64,000 bases of DNA, taken from assembly GCA_973895155.1 (NCBI GenBank), contig OZ316899.1, positions 248,001 to 312,000 on the forward strand. The letters run 5' to 3'. The DNA comes from Marsupella aquatica. Its lineage: Eukaryota; Plantae; Marchantiophyta. The stretch's first letter is position 1. The number at the start of each line of letters is the position of its first letter. Below the pieces are notes generated by a model. It was not told the DNA's origin. It saw only the letters and a program-made list of their open reading frames with translations, and ran no database searches. Below, in pieces: positions 37,572 to 49,792 of this stretch. Made by a program: the position numbers and the translations under genes.

Positions 37572-37619
37572 CTAGAACTAGAATCAAGCTCAATACCCGT
37601 GCGTTGCACAAAAGAAGTT
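37572..37619 (-). mobile_element. Helitron 3' terminus on minus strand
   Basis: Minus strand reads AACTTCTTTTGTGCAACGCACGGGTATTGAGCTTGATTCTAG|TTCTAG|T, that is a hairpin plus CTAG followed by T. 32/33 nt match to 4831-4863. Confidence 0.65.
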
Positions 37620-37689
37620 TAGGGTTTGTGGTATACATCCTTGTTTGTGGTATGCATCAGAGTTCATCCCTTTGTGTTTTGCATGGCCG

Positions 37690-38357
37690 TGGCAGGGAGC
37701 CACAACGAAGAAGGGAAGGGTTTAGGGAAAACCCCTTAACCTGTAAACACAAAACCCTAACTGCCAGGAGGGAAGGCTGAGTGGTGCCCTGGATTGATAC
37801 CATCAGGGCTCGTGATGAGATTGCTGCACTATGCGGGGTTCTGATCATGAGTTGACATTTCGAGAATGACAAGATTGGAGTTATTCCTTTGTGTGTGCAA
37901 GGCCGGGGCAGGGAGCCATGACAAAGAAGGTAAGGGTTTAGGGAAAACCCCTAAACATGTAACCACAGAACCCTAACCGCCGGGAAGGCTGAGGGGTGCC
38001 CTGGTTTTCTGCCATGAATGGAGTTTGAGGTAATTCCAAGTTCGGGCAACCCAAATAAACCTTAAACTCCGGGCGGGTGTGTGCTGGCCAGCCGCACAGG
38101 GAGAGGCTCTAGTCGTGCAGCGGGGAGTGGAAGAAGGCAAGGGTTTAAGGAAAACCCCTAAACACGTAAACACAAAACCCTAACCGCCGGAGGGAAGGCT
38201 GAGGGGTGCCCTGGTTTTCTGCCATGAATGGAGTTTGAGTAATTCCAGGTTCGGGCAACCCTAATAAACCCTAAACTTTGGGCGGGTGTGTGCTGGCCAG
38301 CCGCACAAGGAGAGGCTCTACGCGATAGTCGTGCAACGGGGAGGTGGAAGAAGGCAA
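37690..38357. repeat. About three tandem ~210-bp units containing telomere-motif inverted repeats
   Basis: Recurring AAGAAGG..AGGGTTTAGGGAAAACCCCTAAAC...AACCCTAAC.GCC..GGAAGGCTGAG.GGTGCCCTGG. Confidence 0.85.
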
Positions 38358-39328
38358 AGATGGGACTAGTACAGTAGTGGTGCTACGGTAGTATAGTTTT
38401 GTGGAGGGCATTTGTGTTCTCTAAGGCGAGTGTTGTGCCCATGGAGTGAACGTGGGTTGAGGGTGTAGGGTCACACGTCCTGGTTGCTGTAAAGCCAGGA
38501 ATTGGGTGTCGCAAAATTAGATGGCGGGGAAATGATTGAGTGTTACGGAATTGGCCAGAAAGAGGTGAATCCCGTGAGTGAAGTTCCAGGAGAGGCAGAG
38601 GTGAGGCAGTCCACAGTGGCCTCAGCGTATGGAGAGGCTGTATGCGATAGATGGCAGGGTAGGCAAAGTTGGTGCGAGGGGAGTACGGGAAGACGGCCGC
38701 AGTGCTATCCGGGCTCCCGAAGCAGTGACGTTTGAAGAATGGTGCAGGGATTGATTTACTTTGTATTTTCATGGCATGACTGTCTTTTTTGGGCATTCGG
38801 GGCAAGAAGAACACGAAACTAGGGTAAACCGTAAACGGTAAACCCTAAACCGGAAACGGTAAAACCCCGAACCGTAAATGTGAGTTGGCATTTGGAGGAT
38901 GACAGGATTGTAGTTGATCCCTTGGTGTATAGGGGGCCGCGGGAGGGAGCCACGAGGAACAACACAAGGGTAAGGGAACCCTAAAATAAACCCTAAATGA
39001 CGGGGAGGGAGGATGGGCAGAGTTGATGCGAGGGGAGTAAGGCCGCAGTGCTATCCGGGCTCCCGAAGCAATGACGTTTGAAGAATGGCGCGGGGATCGA
39101 CTTGCTTTGTAATGTTGGTTCCTTTGTATTTTCATGGAGGGACGGTCTTTTTCGGGCACTCGTGGGAAAAAGACCACGAAAAAGACCGCAAAGACCACGC
39201 ATTGCGATCGCTGGGCTGCACAAAAATGTATATAGTGGACCTTAAGGCCGTCTGTTCACCCCCCCACCCCATCGCCAGAGCACGGGGCACAAGGCATGTT
39301 CTGATATAGGGAGGAGCGAAATAGTCAT

Positions 39329-40369
39329 GTCAAGCAAGAAGTGTGGAGAGACCAATCAGTAAGCAAAAATAGGGGAGAACATACATACATCAGCAGCAGC
39401 AGGAAACAAGAAAGATGATTTCGGGTGGCATCTTAGGGTCGGGGACACCACTGCAACACCGGGACTTAGGATATGACTTGTTCTTAATCTGCTGATAGCA
39501 TCCGGCAGGCCGGCGACCCATGGCAAAAGGGCAGAGCAGCAATCCGTTAAAACTACCGAGTCTCACCTTTGCGCTACTGACTGTCACCTTTGTCCAAGGT
39601 AGCTAGTAATAGCAAGTTGAAGTCCCGCTCCAAGTTGTCGGCTTTCACTCCAAGCTCCCTAAAATATTGTGGCCTCAGGTCCAAGTCGTCAGCTCGCACG
39701 CACAACTCCCTAAACCTACACACAGCGGAAGCTTAGCTCACCAACAACTTGCAAAAACAATGACCTCCCCTCTGAAACTGATAAAAACACCTGAATACAA
39801 ATAGTGAAGCACGAGGACAGAATAGGGAGAAGCGTTTTGCAGTTTGGGACGACAATGCTAGGAGTGTATACACTTCGGGCAACAGGGAGGTCCAATAATA
39901 GTTTGAATCTGACGGATGAAGCTCTAGGCGAATGAGCTCCAGGAGATTGGGTGCATGATTGAGCAGGCGATTGTAACAGCAAGCACTAGGCGATTGAAGG
40001 AAGCAGCATTCGGCAATGGACCTAGGCAGCTTGCAAATTTTTCTCAGCAGCGATGTCACCTAGACCCTAAACACGCAATGCATACATCACCTAGACAACT
40101 ATACTTGCAGCCACGAGGTGAGTCCGCAATAGGGGATTGAAGGAAGCAGCAAGTCAAGCAAGAAGTGTGGAGAGACCAATCAGTAAGCAAAAATAGGGGA
40201 GAACAGACATACATCAACAGCAGCAGGAAACGAGAAAGATGATACTCTGTTCCATCTTAGGGTCGGGGACACTACTGCAACACCGGGACTTAGGATATGA
40301 CTTGTTTTTAAACTGGAGATAGCATCCGGCAGGCCGGCGACCCATGGCAAAAGGGCAGAGCAGCAATCC
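39329..40369. repeat. Dispersed direct repeat of about 217 bp (39329-39545 and 40153-40369)
   Basis: GTCAAGCAAGAAGTGTGGAGAGACCAATCAG...GGCAAAAGGGCAGAGCAGCAATCC occurs twice. Confidence 0.85.
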
Positions 40370-41229
40370 ACCATGTAGCGATAGACGAGAGCAGCGATTA
40401 CGACGACAAAAGATGGTCGAAGCTGAAGCAAAACCCCTAAAGATGCAGCTTGGCCATACTCTCCTTCCTCACCTGATAGCGCTAGGCATTCAACCTCCCT
40501 CTTCAGTGAACTTCACAGCAGCTTGAAGATCGATAGATTTTACCTCGTCTCCTGAGCAAAAATGTCTGCATTAGCTGAATAGAGCTATCGCATTTAGCCT
40601 CTCGACTCCAAAATCGAACGCAACACAACCTCCAACTCCCAATGGCAGCTCAGTAGGTTGATCAGCTCGGTAAATGCAGGTCAGTCGACCTCAATAGCCA
40701 CACTAGAAGCTCACCGCAAGTCACTCAACTTAGGTCAGACTAGAAGCTCCGCCGCCTTCACACCGTAGCAAAAAACAATGAGACCAATAGCAATTACGAC
40801 AAAGCTTCAAAATGGCAGGTGTGTTCTTCGATCCCCAACATATTAGCATAGAAATCCCTTGCACTTCTACCTCCCTCCTTGTTCTACCTTGGGCTCAAAC
40901 AAAACTTCAAGGAGGAATAGGGTTTCAGTATGCACTGGACAAGAAGTCAGTGAGTGAGGGTCCCGTAGTCGACGTGAGAAAAGCCAAGATTAAGCAGAGT
41001 GAGTGAGAGTAGTGGCAGCAGAAGACGAATCAGACGCGCACTCACGCACAATGCACCTCAACACTGAACACAGAGAACTGAACCTAGTGAGAGTCCAGGT
41101 CCTTTGTGCCGTCCTAAAGCAAATTGGACACAACACAATATGAGCAAAGATTAAATGAATGCACAGGACTAGGATTAACCTTACAATAGCCTTGTTGCAT
41201 GTTCATTAATTAAGAGCATAAATGATGAG

Positions 41230-41256
41230 CCTAAACCCTAAACCCTAAACCCTAAA
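41230..41256. repeat. Short interstitial Arabidopsis-type telomeric repeat (CCCTAAA)n; a similar run lies at 48772-48792
   Basis: CCTAAACCCTAAACCCTAAACCCTAAA. Confidence 0.85.
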
Positions 41257-41837
41257 GAATACTATCTAAGATCAAGCCTTCTTCATATGCATATATATGT
41301 ATAGCATGCAAAATACAGTAGGTGGACATCCAATGTTCTATGGCTGGTTAGAGGGTAGGACAAGTGGTAAAGATGGGGAAAATTAGAGATAGACTACAAA
41401 AAGCATTAAGTTAGGTTAATAGCAAGGTTTGACAAAGCCGACCTGTATTCGTTTGAATGGGACTGGGGCTTCATTGTGTCTAAATGGGGTTAGGAGTACT
41501 GATGGTTTAAAATGGTATGACTAAACTATTATTAAATTGATGTGGAATGACATATGGTGTATCCAAAATCGCATGTATATGGTCGCGGATCCCATACTTT
41601 AAGGTTTAAGGGTTCAAATGTAATGGTCTCATAAGTTGTACTCTAATGTAGAGTCACTTGTATAACTTCACCCTAATTTCCTTAACTGAGTTATACTTAC
41701 AACTTACCTAAAAGTTGTAAACGTGACTCGGCAAAACTTCACCAAAACTCAGTCACGAAGGTGTGACTAACATGACACCAGCAACCTTGGAGTCGCTATT
41801 TCATGAAGGTCTTGGACAAGTCACACATCTCCAGGTC

Positions 41838-43226
41838 TCAAAACGGGCCGGTTTCTTCTAGTGCATTGAGGTCCCATCGTCGTTTTGTACCAGATCGACT
41901 CTTGTCAAGAATATTATCCAAAAACTCAGGAGGTTTGATGAGCCGCTCGATCATTTGTACACAATGTCCACGGTCGCAGTCGGGTAGTACAGTTGCAGTA
42001 GGATCCTCGTAAAGTCCTAAGCATGCTTTGATCATCATCTCGCGTATAAACATGAATGTTATGTGATCCAGAACGGATGGTTTGGCGTCAGTGCTCAAAA
42101 AGACAAGTAGAGACATCATTTTGCCGGGCATACCCTCAGCTTCAAAGAAAAGGTCCATGTGAGTAAACATGTACCACACACCGTGGTCAAACCATAGCAT
42201 TTTAGAGTCGCAAGCGTTTTTCTTGTCCCGTGATGACATACAGTCACATTTGAAGAAAGGACGGTGCCAATTCCACATTTTTGAAGGGTGTGATTCCTCC
42301 CGTGGTGATTTGGTGCTGAGGTCGAGTCTCACTCTAACCAAAGCAGGTTCTGCACAACTATATTTGCCGGCAGCAAAGTTCTTCATTGGCCAAGCACTAT
42401 TCCCAAGATAGAGTTTAGATGGAGAGTCAGCAGCAAGTGCATGTTCCCGGCAGGCTGTGATTTCTGCATCAGAAATGGTTGCCCATTGTTTCCACATATC
42501 GATAGTAATGGGAGGCAACATGTTGAGATTAGGCACTGCCCATGCTTGTCCGTCATTGCGTGATAGTTCCCATTCATAATTGCGGAGTGGGACACACAGG
42601 TATATATTGGTCTCCACCCGTAAGATGACTCATCGCAGCCTTCTGGGATGAATCCACAGATGAAATGTGCTGCTGCAACATATGGATCTCCTCAGCCCGA
42701 TAAAAGTGCATCCTGAACAGCGGATTTTGCTGTAGTTGTGTAGCCATCACGGCCGGAGGTGGAATCGGTGTGCTATTAGGAGCCTGATATGGTTGATGAA
42801 TAGCCGTAGCAATTTTATTGGCAATCTCTTCAGCGGTTGAATATTCCTTGTTATCCAACTCGAGCATGTTGCTGAGGGATGCAGAATATTTTGTGAGCTG
42901 TTGTAAGCTTGCTCTTCCAGTTTGCGAGCATCAAGATCCGCAAGGACACAAAATTCCTGAATACCCAGTGTGCTCAACAGGTAGATCTGCGGTCCGTCTT
43001 TGGCCTTGGTGAGCAGTGCACCATCGAAAGTTTGGATAAACTTGTGTATCTCGATAGATTCAATCGTTGACATGATCGCCTGAATGCCAATGTGAGCAGG
43101 CTTGGGGAGTCGTTCCTCATACCCAAGTTGCCTGAGTTCTGTGATCCAGATGCTTTGTTTTTCAAAGATGCATGTATCAATTAGTGACAATCGGTTTTCC
43201 CAGGGCCAGCTGGGAAAGTGGGTCAT
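41838..43226 (-). pseudogene. Frameshifted long ORF of unknown function (roughly 460 codons)
   Basis: Overlapping ORFs 42747-43265, 42574-42867 and 41838-42617 join through two apparent frameshifts. ATG at 43226. Confidence 0.5.
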
Positions 43227-44784
43227 GAGAGAGAGATCAATATATATGCATACACATATAATCACACCCCGATACTCATAAGGACCGATTGTTACTAATG
43301 CCCATACTTTTCTTTAAAGAAATATATATCACACAAGTGCATACACATACCCCATATACATACACATATCGTTACTTCGTAGATCAAGTTTGCGTCCATG
43401 TTTCTCTTATGATACAGAGAGAGAGAGAGAGAGAACAACAGCAAACACAAGAGAAAAAGGGCTGAGCGGACAGAGATAGGAGAGCTCAAAGCTCACCTTG
43501 ACATTCACTCCCTGCAGGTCAGCGTTGAGCTTCTCCTCAGCAAGCCGTTGCTACTCCATAGTAGAGAACAATTGTCAGTTTAATCAGCCTGGCTGCTTTT
43601 CATACGAAGCCAAAGGTTCTTGATGAGAAGGCATTGACAAATCAAGTGCAGGTTTGTTGTACAAAGCACTGCCCTGGGTGGACGACTTGGAAGAGCCTAG
43701 TGCACAATCCAAAGAAGTTTCAAGTCCTCCTCAATGACATACCGGTCGGATTCAAGAATGGCAGAGAGATTGATTTTTGGCACATCAGGCAGAAGATTGT
43801 GAGTTTCCTTATTGACAAAAGAGTCAGGTGGAGAAGCAAGATCTGAGCAATGAAATGCAAACATACAAGGAAGTACTGCAACTTTGAAGGGATGACTGAG
43901 CCAGACTTCAATTTGATAGTGTCTGAACTTGAAGCACCCCCAGACACCCCAGTAGGAAAATGAGTGCACATGGGTGACAAAGCCACTGCAGCTCAAAAGA
44001 AGAGCGGACGCCTTCTAGTAACCAATTTTTGCAGGCAAGGCGGACGGCCAGGGTTCCTCGCAACCTACGTAAGTGTGATGCCGATGACATGGTCCTTATT
44101 TTATAATCTGATTAACTAGGCTGTTGTATGCAAGGAGTAGCTATTGATATTGCATAACAATTAGCAAGATGGCAAGAATAAGGGCAATCATGGCGTTAAG
44201 AGTAGGGATAAAGGTATTTCAACTTGAAGACTGCACAACCAAGGCAGACATAGTTGAGGTAGTCACTATCAAGACCACAAAGGAGAAACTGGGGAAGAGA
44301 GGATTCACCTCTTCAACCATACCATCTTCTTGACAAGCAAGATGGAGCATGAAGGCTCTTCAAGACGCCGGTACGGAGTTAGGCATGGTAATTCAAGGAA
44401 GCGAGTCTCCATAGCTGAATATGAATCTGTGTGGTATGGTGATTGTTCTCATGATAAAATCTGAATGTCTTTGGGTGTGTAGCTTCATTTTGTTATTTGG
44501 GTTAGTGATTCATAGTCTAGTCTTAGAAAGTTAGGGAAATAAAAGCTATGTTGCGGGTGGTCGGCCCATATCTCTTTCAATATGTCACCAAATCCGGATC
44601 TGTAAAAAAGCATTGGAAAGAGCTGGTCAAGGCAAGTAAAATCTATATAAAACACTTGGGAAACGGAGGTGCATTAAGAAAGATACGGTTTGATTAGTGT
44701 GATGGGTTAACTTGTGGCCGGAATTAGCGGATTCGGCTTCAATTTCGGGTTAACCCAAGCTCGGCCACGGCTTAGCTTATGTGA

Positions 44785-44878
44785 GCACGGCTTCAGCTTA
44801 GCTCAGGTCAGCACGGCTTTAGCTTAGCTCAGGTTAGCATAGCTTCAGCTTAGCTCGGGTCAGCACGGCTTCAGCTTA
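44785..44878. repeat. 26-bp tandem repeat, about 3.6 copies
   Basis: GCACGGCTTCAGCTTAGCTCAGGTCA units. Confidence 0.9.
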
Positions 44879-47800
44879 GGCTTAACCCGGGTTCGGGTTA
44901 GATTGAGCCCGGATTAGACTGAACTTGGGTTAGCCTAAACTCGGGCTTGGGTTAGCATAGGCAAGCTCGGGTTCGGGCTCAACTTAGCCTAGGTTAGAGA
45001 ATAGTGGGTAGCGGCCTAACCCGAGACCACGGGTTAGATAGGATAGCTAGGTTAGCCAAACTCGGGTTAGCTATGTAACTCGGGTTAGCATAGCAGTGAG
45101 TACCCCCTCTCGGTTGTGGGGGTATAACTTTCTCTATATTTGCCCAAATTGACTATAATTGACCTTGTTGGAAAGAGGAGCTCAAGCCGCTTCCAAGGCT
45201 GCTATCCATGCAGAAAATGGTTGAATAGAGAAATCGGGAGAGGAGGTGCAAGCTTGCAAAATCCATGGAGGAGGGCCAAATCCAAAGTACATAGCCAATT
45301 CGAGATAGAAATAAAGTTGCGAGTTAGGGTTCAGTAGTTAGAGATAGTGGCGGCTCTTTTAGGGCTGGGATGGGGCTCCAGCAGCGTAGTATCCACCCAT
45401 TTGGGCTCAGTATGAGAGTATATAGAGCAGCCCCCCGGTAGAGGCAAGGGGGGGGGGACTTCAGTTGTGTGATCTCACGTAGATTGAGCAGTAGGGAGGA
45501 GCTTTGTGCAAGGAAGGTTGGGCTTGGAAGCTGTGTGTTGGGGAGAGCTTGGTTGTGCTATTACTCAGGGAGTAATCAGCCATGCTTCACAACAATAGTT
45601 GGCCAGGTTTGCAAGCTGGATTGTGGCTCTTTCTAATTGGCAACACAACTGGGTTCTTGTCCCCCGATACAGAGCCTTGGTGATAGGTGATGTGTTGGTG
45701 ATTGTAAATTGTGGGGAGGATTTCAATTTGATTTGCAGTGAGCACATTAGGGAGACTGAGATACTGATTGAGAGGCAGCAGGAGGAGCATTATTTTACAA
45801 TTTAGTCTGGCAATGCTACGTGATCCATGGGGAGTCCCGGCCTTTGTCTGGTAGAGAGCACTAAGGGATTTATGACCAGGGTTGAGCTTGCAGGGCAAGC
45901 ATGAGGCCGGGCCTCATTGTAGTCTAGGGTAGATCGCCGTTAGGCCTGGTACCAGCTTTGAAGTCGAGTCAACTATGCATGCGTAACTTGACATTCTGAA
46001 ATGGAGGTGTGAGATCTATACATGCCCCCAAGAATGAAGTGCAATGAAGGAGGTTGAGTTCAGGATTGAGTTTGCAAGGCAAGTACGGGATTGATTCGAG
46101 TCCAATCTGCCATCGCAATCTGGAGTGAGCCGGGCTCAGGTTCAGGATTGAGCTTGGCAAGCACGGGGCTTGCAGGGCAAGCATGTCGCAATCTGGAGGA
46201 GATAGCCTTTGGGCCTATTGTTCGCATCAAGTGTTCTCAATGAACTATTGTGCACATCTTTGAATCTAACTGAGTTTTCCTCTCAGGCCTCATTCTCCCA
46301 TGGATGTGTGTGTGTGTGAGGCAATCTGAGTGTATGATGGGACTAGAAGCGCCACTGAGAGGTGTACCGGGTGCATTGAAGTGGGTTGGGTGAGAGTTGT
46401 CACAGCTCTAATTGCTGAGAGTGGAATGGCAGAGTGGTGGGGCAATGGCTTAGAAGTCCCTAAGCCGGGAATCAGTCAGGAGTCACTGGTTTATGGGTAC
46501 ATTCCGGCGGCGGAATATAAATATACCTATGACAGTAAGCATATGTATAGACATATGCAAACCGTAGCGCTAGGCCTTGTGTGTACAGGCCCGATATGAA
46601 GACCCCTTCTCACCAGAACTATCATGAGCACAGGATCTGATTCCCAACCTTGGTTCCTAAGGATTGAGCTTGGGTGATGTGTGACAAAGTCTTGCTATGA
46701 TAGTCTGGTGTTAAGGGCATAAACTGGTGTTTACTGGCATTCACAGCATCCCTTTGTGATCCTCAGGTACAAGGAGATGGTTTTGGCACTCAATAGTGAC
46801 ATTTTTGGTGTTAAGACCCATGTCAATCGTGTGACAGTAAGTCTTGGACCCTTCTGATTTCTATTTTCATTTGGCTACTGTAGTAGAAACCTGATTTTAA
46901 TGTCAATTTAGGGTTTAGGGTTTTTTGAATTTGCGTTGTTCCAACCTTGCATAACGTAGTTCCACTCAACATTAGATGACAGTTACTTCCTCTTTTGTGA
47001 CGTAATTGGTGAGTAACGTCAAATGTTATGTAGACGCTACATCTATGCAGGGAAATATGATAACAAGAGGGACAATGTTAAACGAGGTACATCCTCTTTC
47101 ACAAGGTTAGATACGTACTAAGACATGCCATTGTTACCTGCCCACATAAATGCAAGTTTGGAGCCAATGCTGAGCCAAGTGAGGAGCGAATGTACCCAAA
47201 ATGGTATGGCCTAGCAGCGCTATGGGCCAAGTTGGCCTCAATCCCGGAGGATCACCAGGTAAGAGCTATTATGAATGCTAGGTTGTAGGTGACTTTTGGA
47301 CTACTCTATTTTTGTGGACATAAACTGATCAAAATGCTGTCATGCAAGTGGAGGATTGGACTCCTCCAAAGGGCTCGGTGGCATGGCCCATCCTTGAGGA
47401 TCACTTGTAGGTCAGGGTACCACATGAGGAGGGTTCCCAAGAGGAGGCCCTAGTAGATTGCGGGCAGCAAGACATTGTTGGCACGCAGGCCACGGGACAC
47501 GTTGGGTCTTCTCGTGATCTATTCCCTGAGGTAGAGAGTCATAGGGGGCATACTAGTGGCCGAGGCCGGAGGGAGAGAGAGAGTTGAGGGAGGGAGAGAG
47601 AGGGAGAGAGAGGGAGAGATAAGTCCGATAGATGGAGGGAGAGGGAGAGGGAGAGGAGTGGTTTAGGGAGTGATGACACTAGGGGACCTACACACACTAT
47701 GGGGACTAGGCCGGTGACTAGTGACAGGGGTGCAACACAGGCACATTGTCCCCAACTACCACTAGCTTAGAGCAGGATGACACGCAGAACAAGTTGCGCT

Positions 47801-49476
47801 TGAGAGGCATATAACCCAGTTCTATAGGGAGGTTTGGACGTGATATCAGCTGGTCTGAACGTCACTAGGATATAGCCAAGTTTACTTGTCGGACTTCATC
47901 CAACATTTTGTACATCTCCCGTTACAATATTATCTAATATGACACACTTTTCTTGGATTACAATGACTATACTATATGCGTATTGAATGTGTATCCCTAA
48001 ACCCCAACCGCCCACCAAAATATAACTCACCCTAACGTAGCGCCAGAGCGGGTTTAAACTACATTAACGTTGTATGGCAGAGTCGTTCTATCCATAATGT
48101 ACCAAGTTCTGAGCAACGTTTCGTATATTCACGTCGTTTGACACATTGGAATTACGTCTTCTTTTTAGACGTAATACATACTAACGTCTTCCTATGAACC
48201 ATTATGTACCTCTAGGCTCACAAGGTTAACCTGTTAAGTCGTCTGAAGCTATGTACAGGATGACAAAGTTTGCGATGCTTTAAACACAAACAACGCCAAA
48301 GCCGACATACCGGTCGGATTGCCGTATAAATTCATCCACCATTTTAACAACGCAAAGGACATTGTGAACAGAAAACACCACGTCATTTGCAAGGTAATTT
48401 GCATCCTTGGAGACGCCGTTAAGGACATATTGACTTATGACGTACATTACGTTGCCACATTGACGCCGAGCAATGCGTCTTTGCATTTACACGTTCAAAT
48501 GTTGCGTTTAGCCTGTAGTAAGGCTTAAGTTGGATTGAAATGTAGTTGTGAGTATGACCTAAAACTCAGGGTTTACCCAATCAATACTCTGTCCACTGCA
48601 GCAATTCTAGCCATCATTAAGTATTCAATTCAGATTCCTATTACCTTGCAAATGAGTAAAGCCTTTTTGGTCAACCACCTCAAAGTATTTAATCAAAGTT
48701 CATATCAAATCAAAAGCTCCTTATTGGTGATTCTAGTATATACAGAGCACTTCTACAAGAGCTTTCTAGCACCCTAAACCCTAAACCCTAAAATTTGAGT
48801 GCCTTCTTGTATATCAGATCTGACATTCCTAAATGAACTTTGAATCAAAATCTGCAAGTTTTGTGTTGACAAATGCATGTTATGAAGGGCTTAGAAACAC
48901 TCCATAGCAAAGGAAGTCTTGAATGTCTGAAACTTAATGAAAATTTTCTGTTGCATCAATTTTTGCAACAGATGGCTTTTTTGGTCTGACATTACTTTGA
49001 TCAAACCTATGAATTTTGTGTCAAACACCTGTGTTTCCAGTGGGCTTGCTTCCTAACACACCTAAACAAGGTGTCCTTTTTGTGTCAACACAATGTAAGT
49101 TTCCAAGTGCTTTGTGACACACCATGACGTGATAGACTTAGGGATCATTTGGGAGCACTACATTGAAGATTAACTGTAGGAAAGGTTTTGCTAAAGAGGA
49201 AGAATTTTGATTGGACATTTGTCACTCAATTCCTGAGAACCAGGAAAGCCAGTTATGCTTTGCTTGAAAGCTCGATGCTTGGTCCCAGATCATTGTCACA
49301 GTCACCTATGGACTCTTTGTGCACCTTTCCTACGCAGGTTGGCAGCAAGGCAGGTGACAGCGGGTTTTAGGTAGACACCATAACAGAAGAAGGTTAGAGA
49401 ACAGAACATTAGCCCAATTGGGTTGTATCAAGACCTATGTTGTGAGCTTCTGGTATTCAATGCCACACTTCACTTG

Positions 49477-49792
49477 TTTTCGGTCACATTCAATTCCTGA
49501 ATTCATTTATTATTCAAATTGGGAAATTAATTAATTAATCAATTATTTCCAGAAATTATTTCTTTAGCTTTTTCAAGCTTTCCAGCCAAGTAGTTTTCGG
49601 TGGTCACATCCAATTCCCGAATTCATGAATTAATCAGTCATTTCCCAAAAATACTTCTGTAGTTTTTTCAAGCTTTCCAGCCAAGTAGTTTTCGGTGGTC
49701 ACATCCAATTCCCCAATTCATTAATTAATCAATCATTTCCCAAAAATACTTCTGTAGTTTTTTCAAGCTTTCCAGCCAAGTAGTTTTCGGTG
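49477..49792. repeat. 95-bp tandem repeat, about 3 copies
   Basis: TTTTCGGTGGTCACATCCAATT...TCAAGCTTTCCAGCCAAGTAG starts at 49594, 49689 and 49784, with a longer degenerate copy from 49477. Confidence 0.9.

Noticed and set aside
38366-38400. Second minus-strand Helitron 3' end (CCGTAGCACCACTACTGTACTAG|T)
   Set aside because: CTAG|T is present but the stem is only 4 bp, too weak to call.
44549-45500. Solo LTR starting TGTTG at 44549
   Set aside because: No matching CA end with a TSD could be found.
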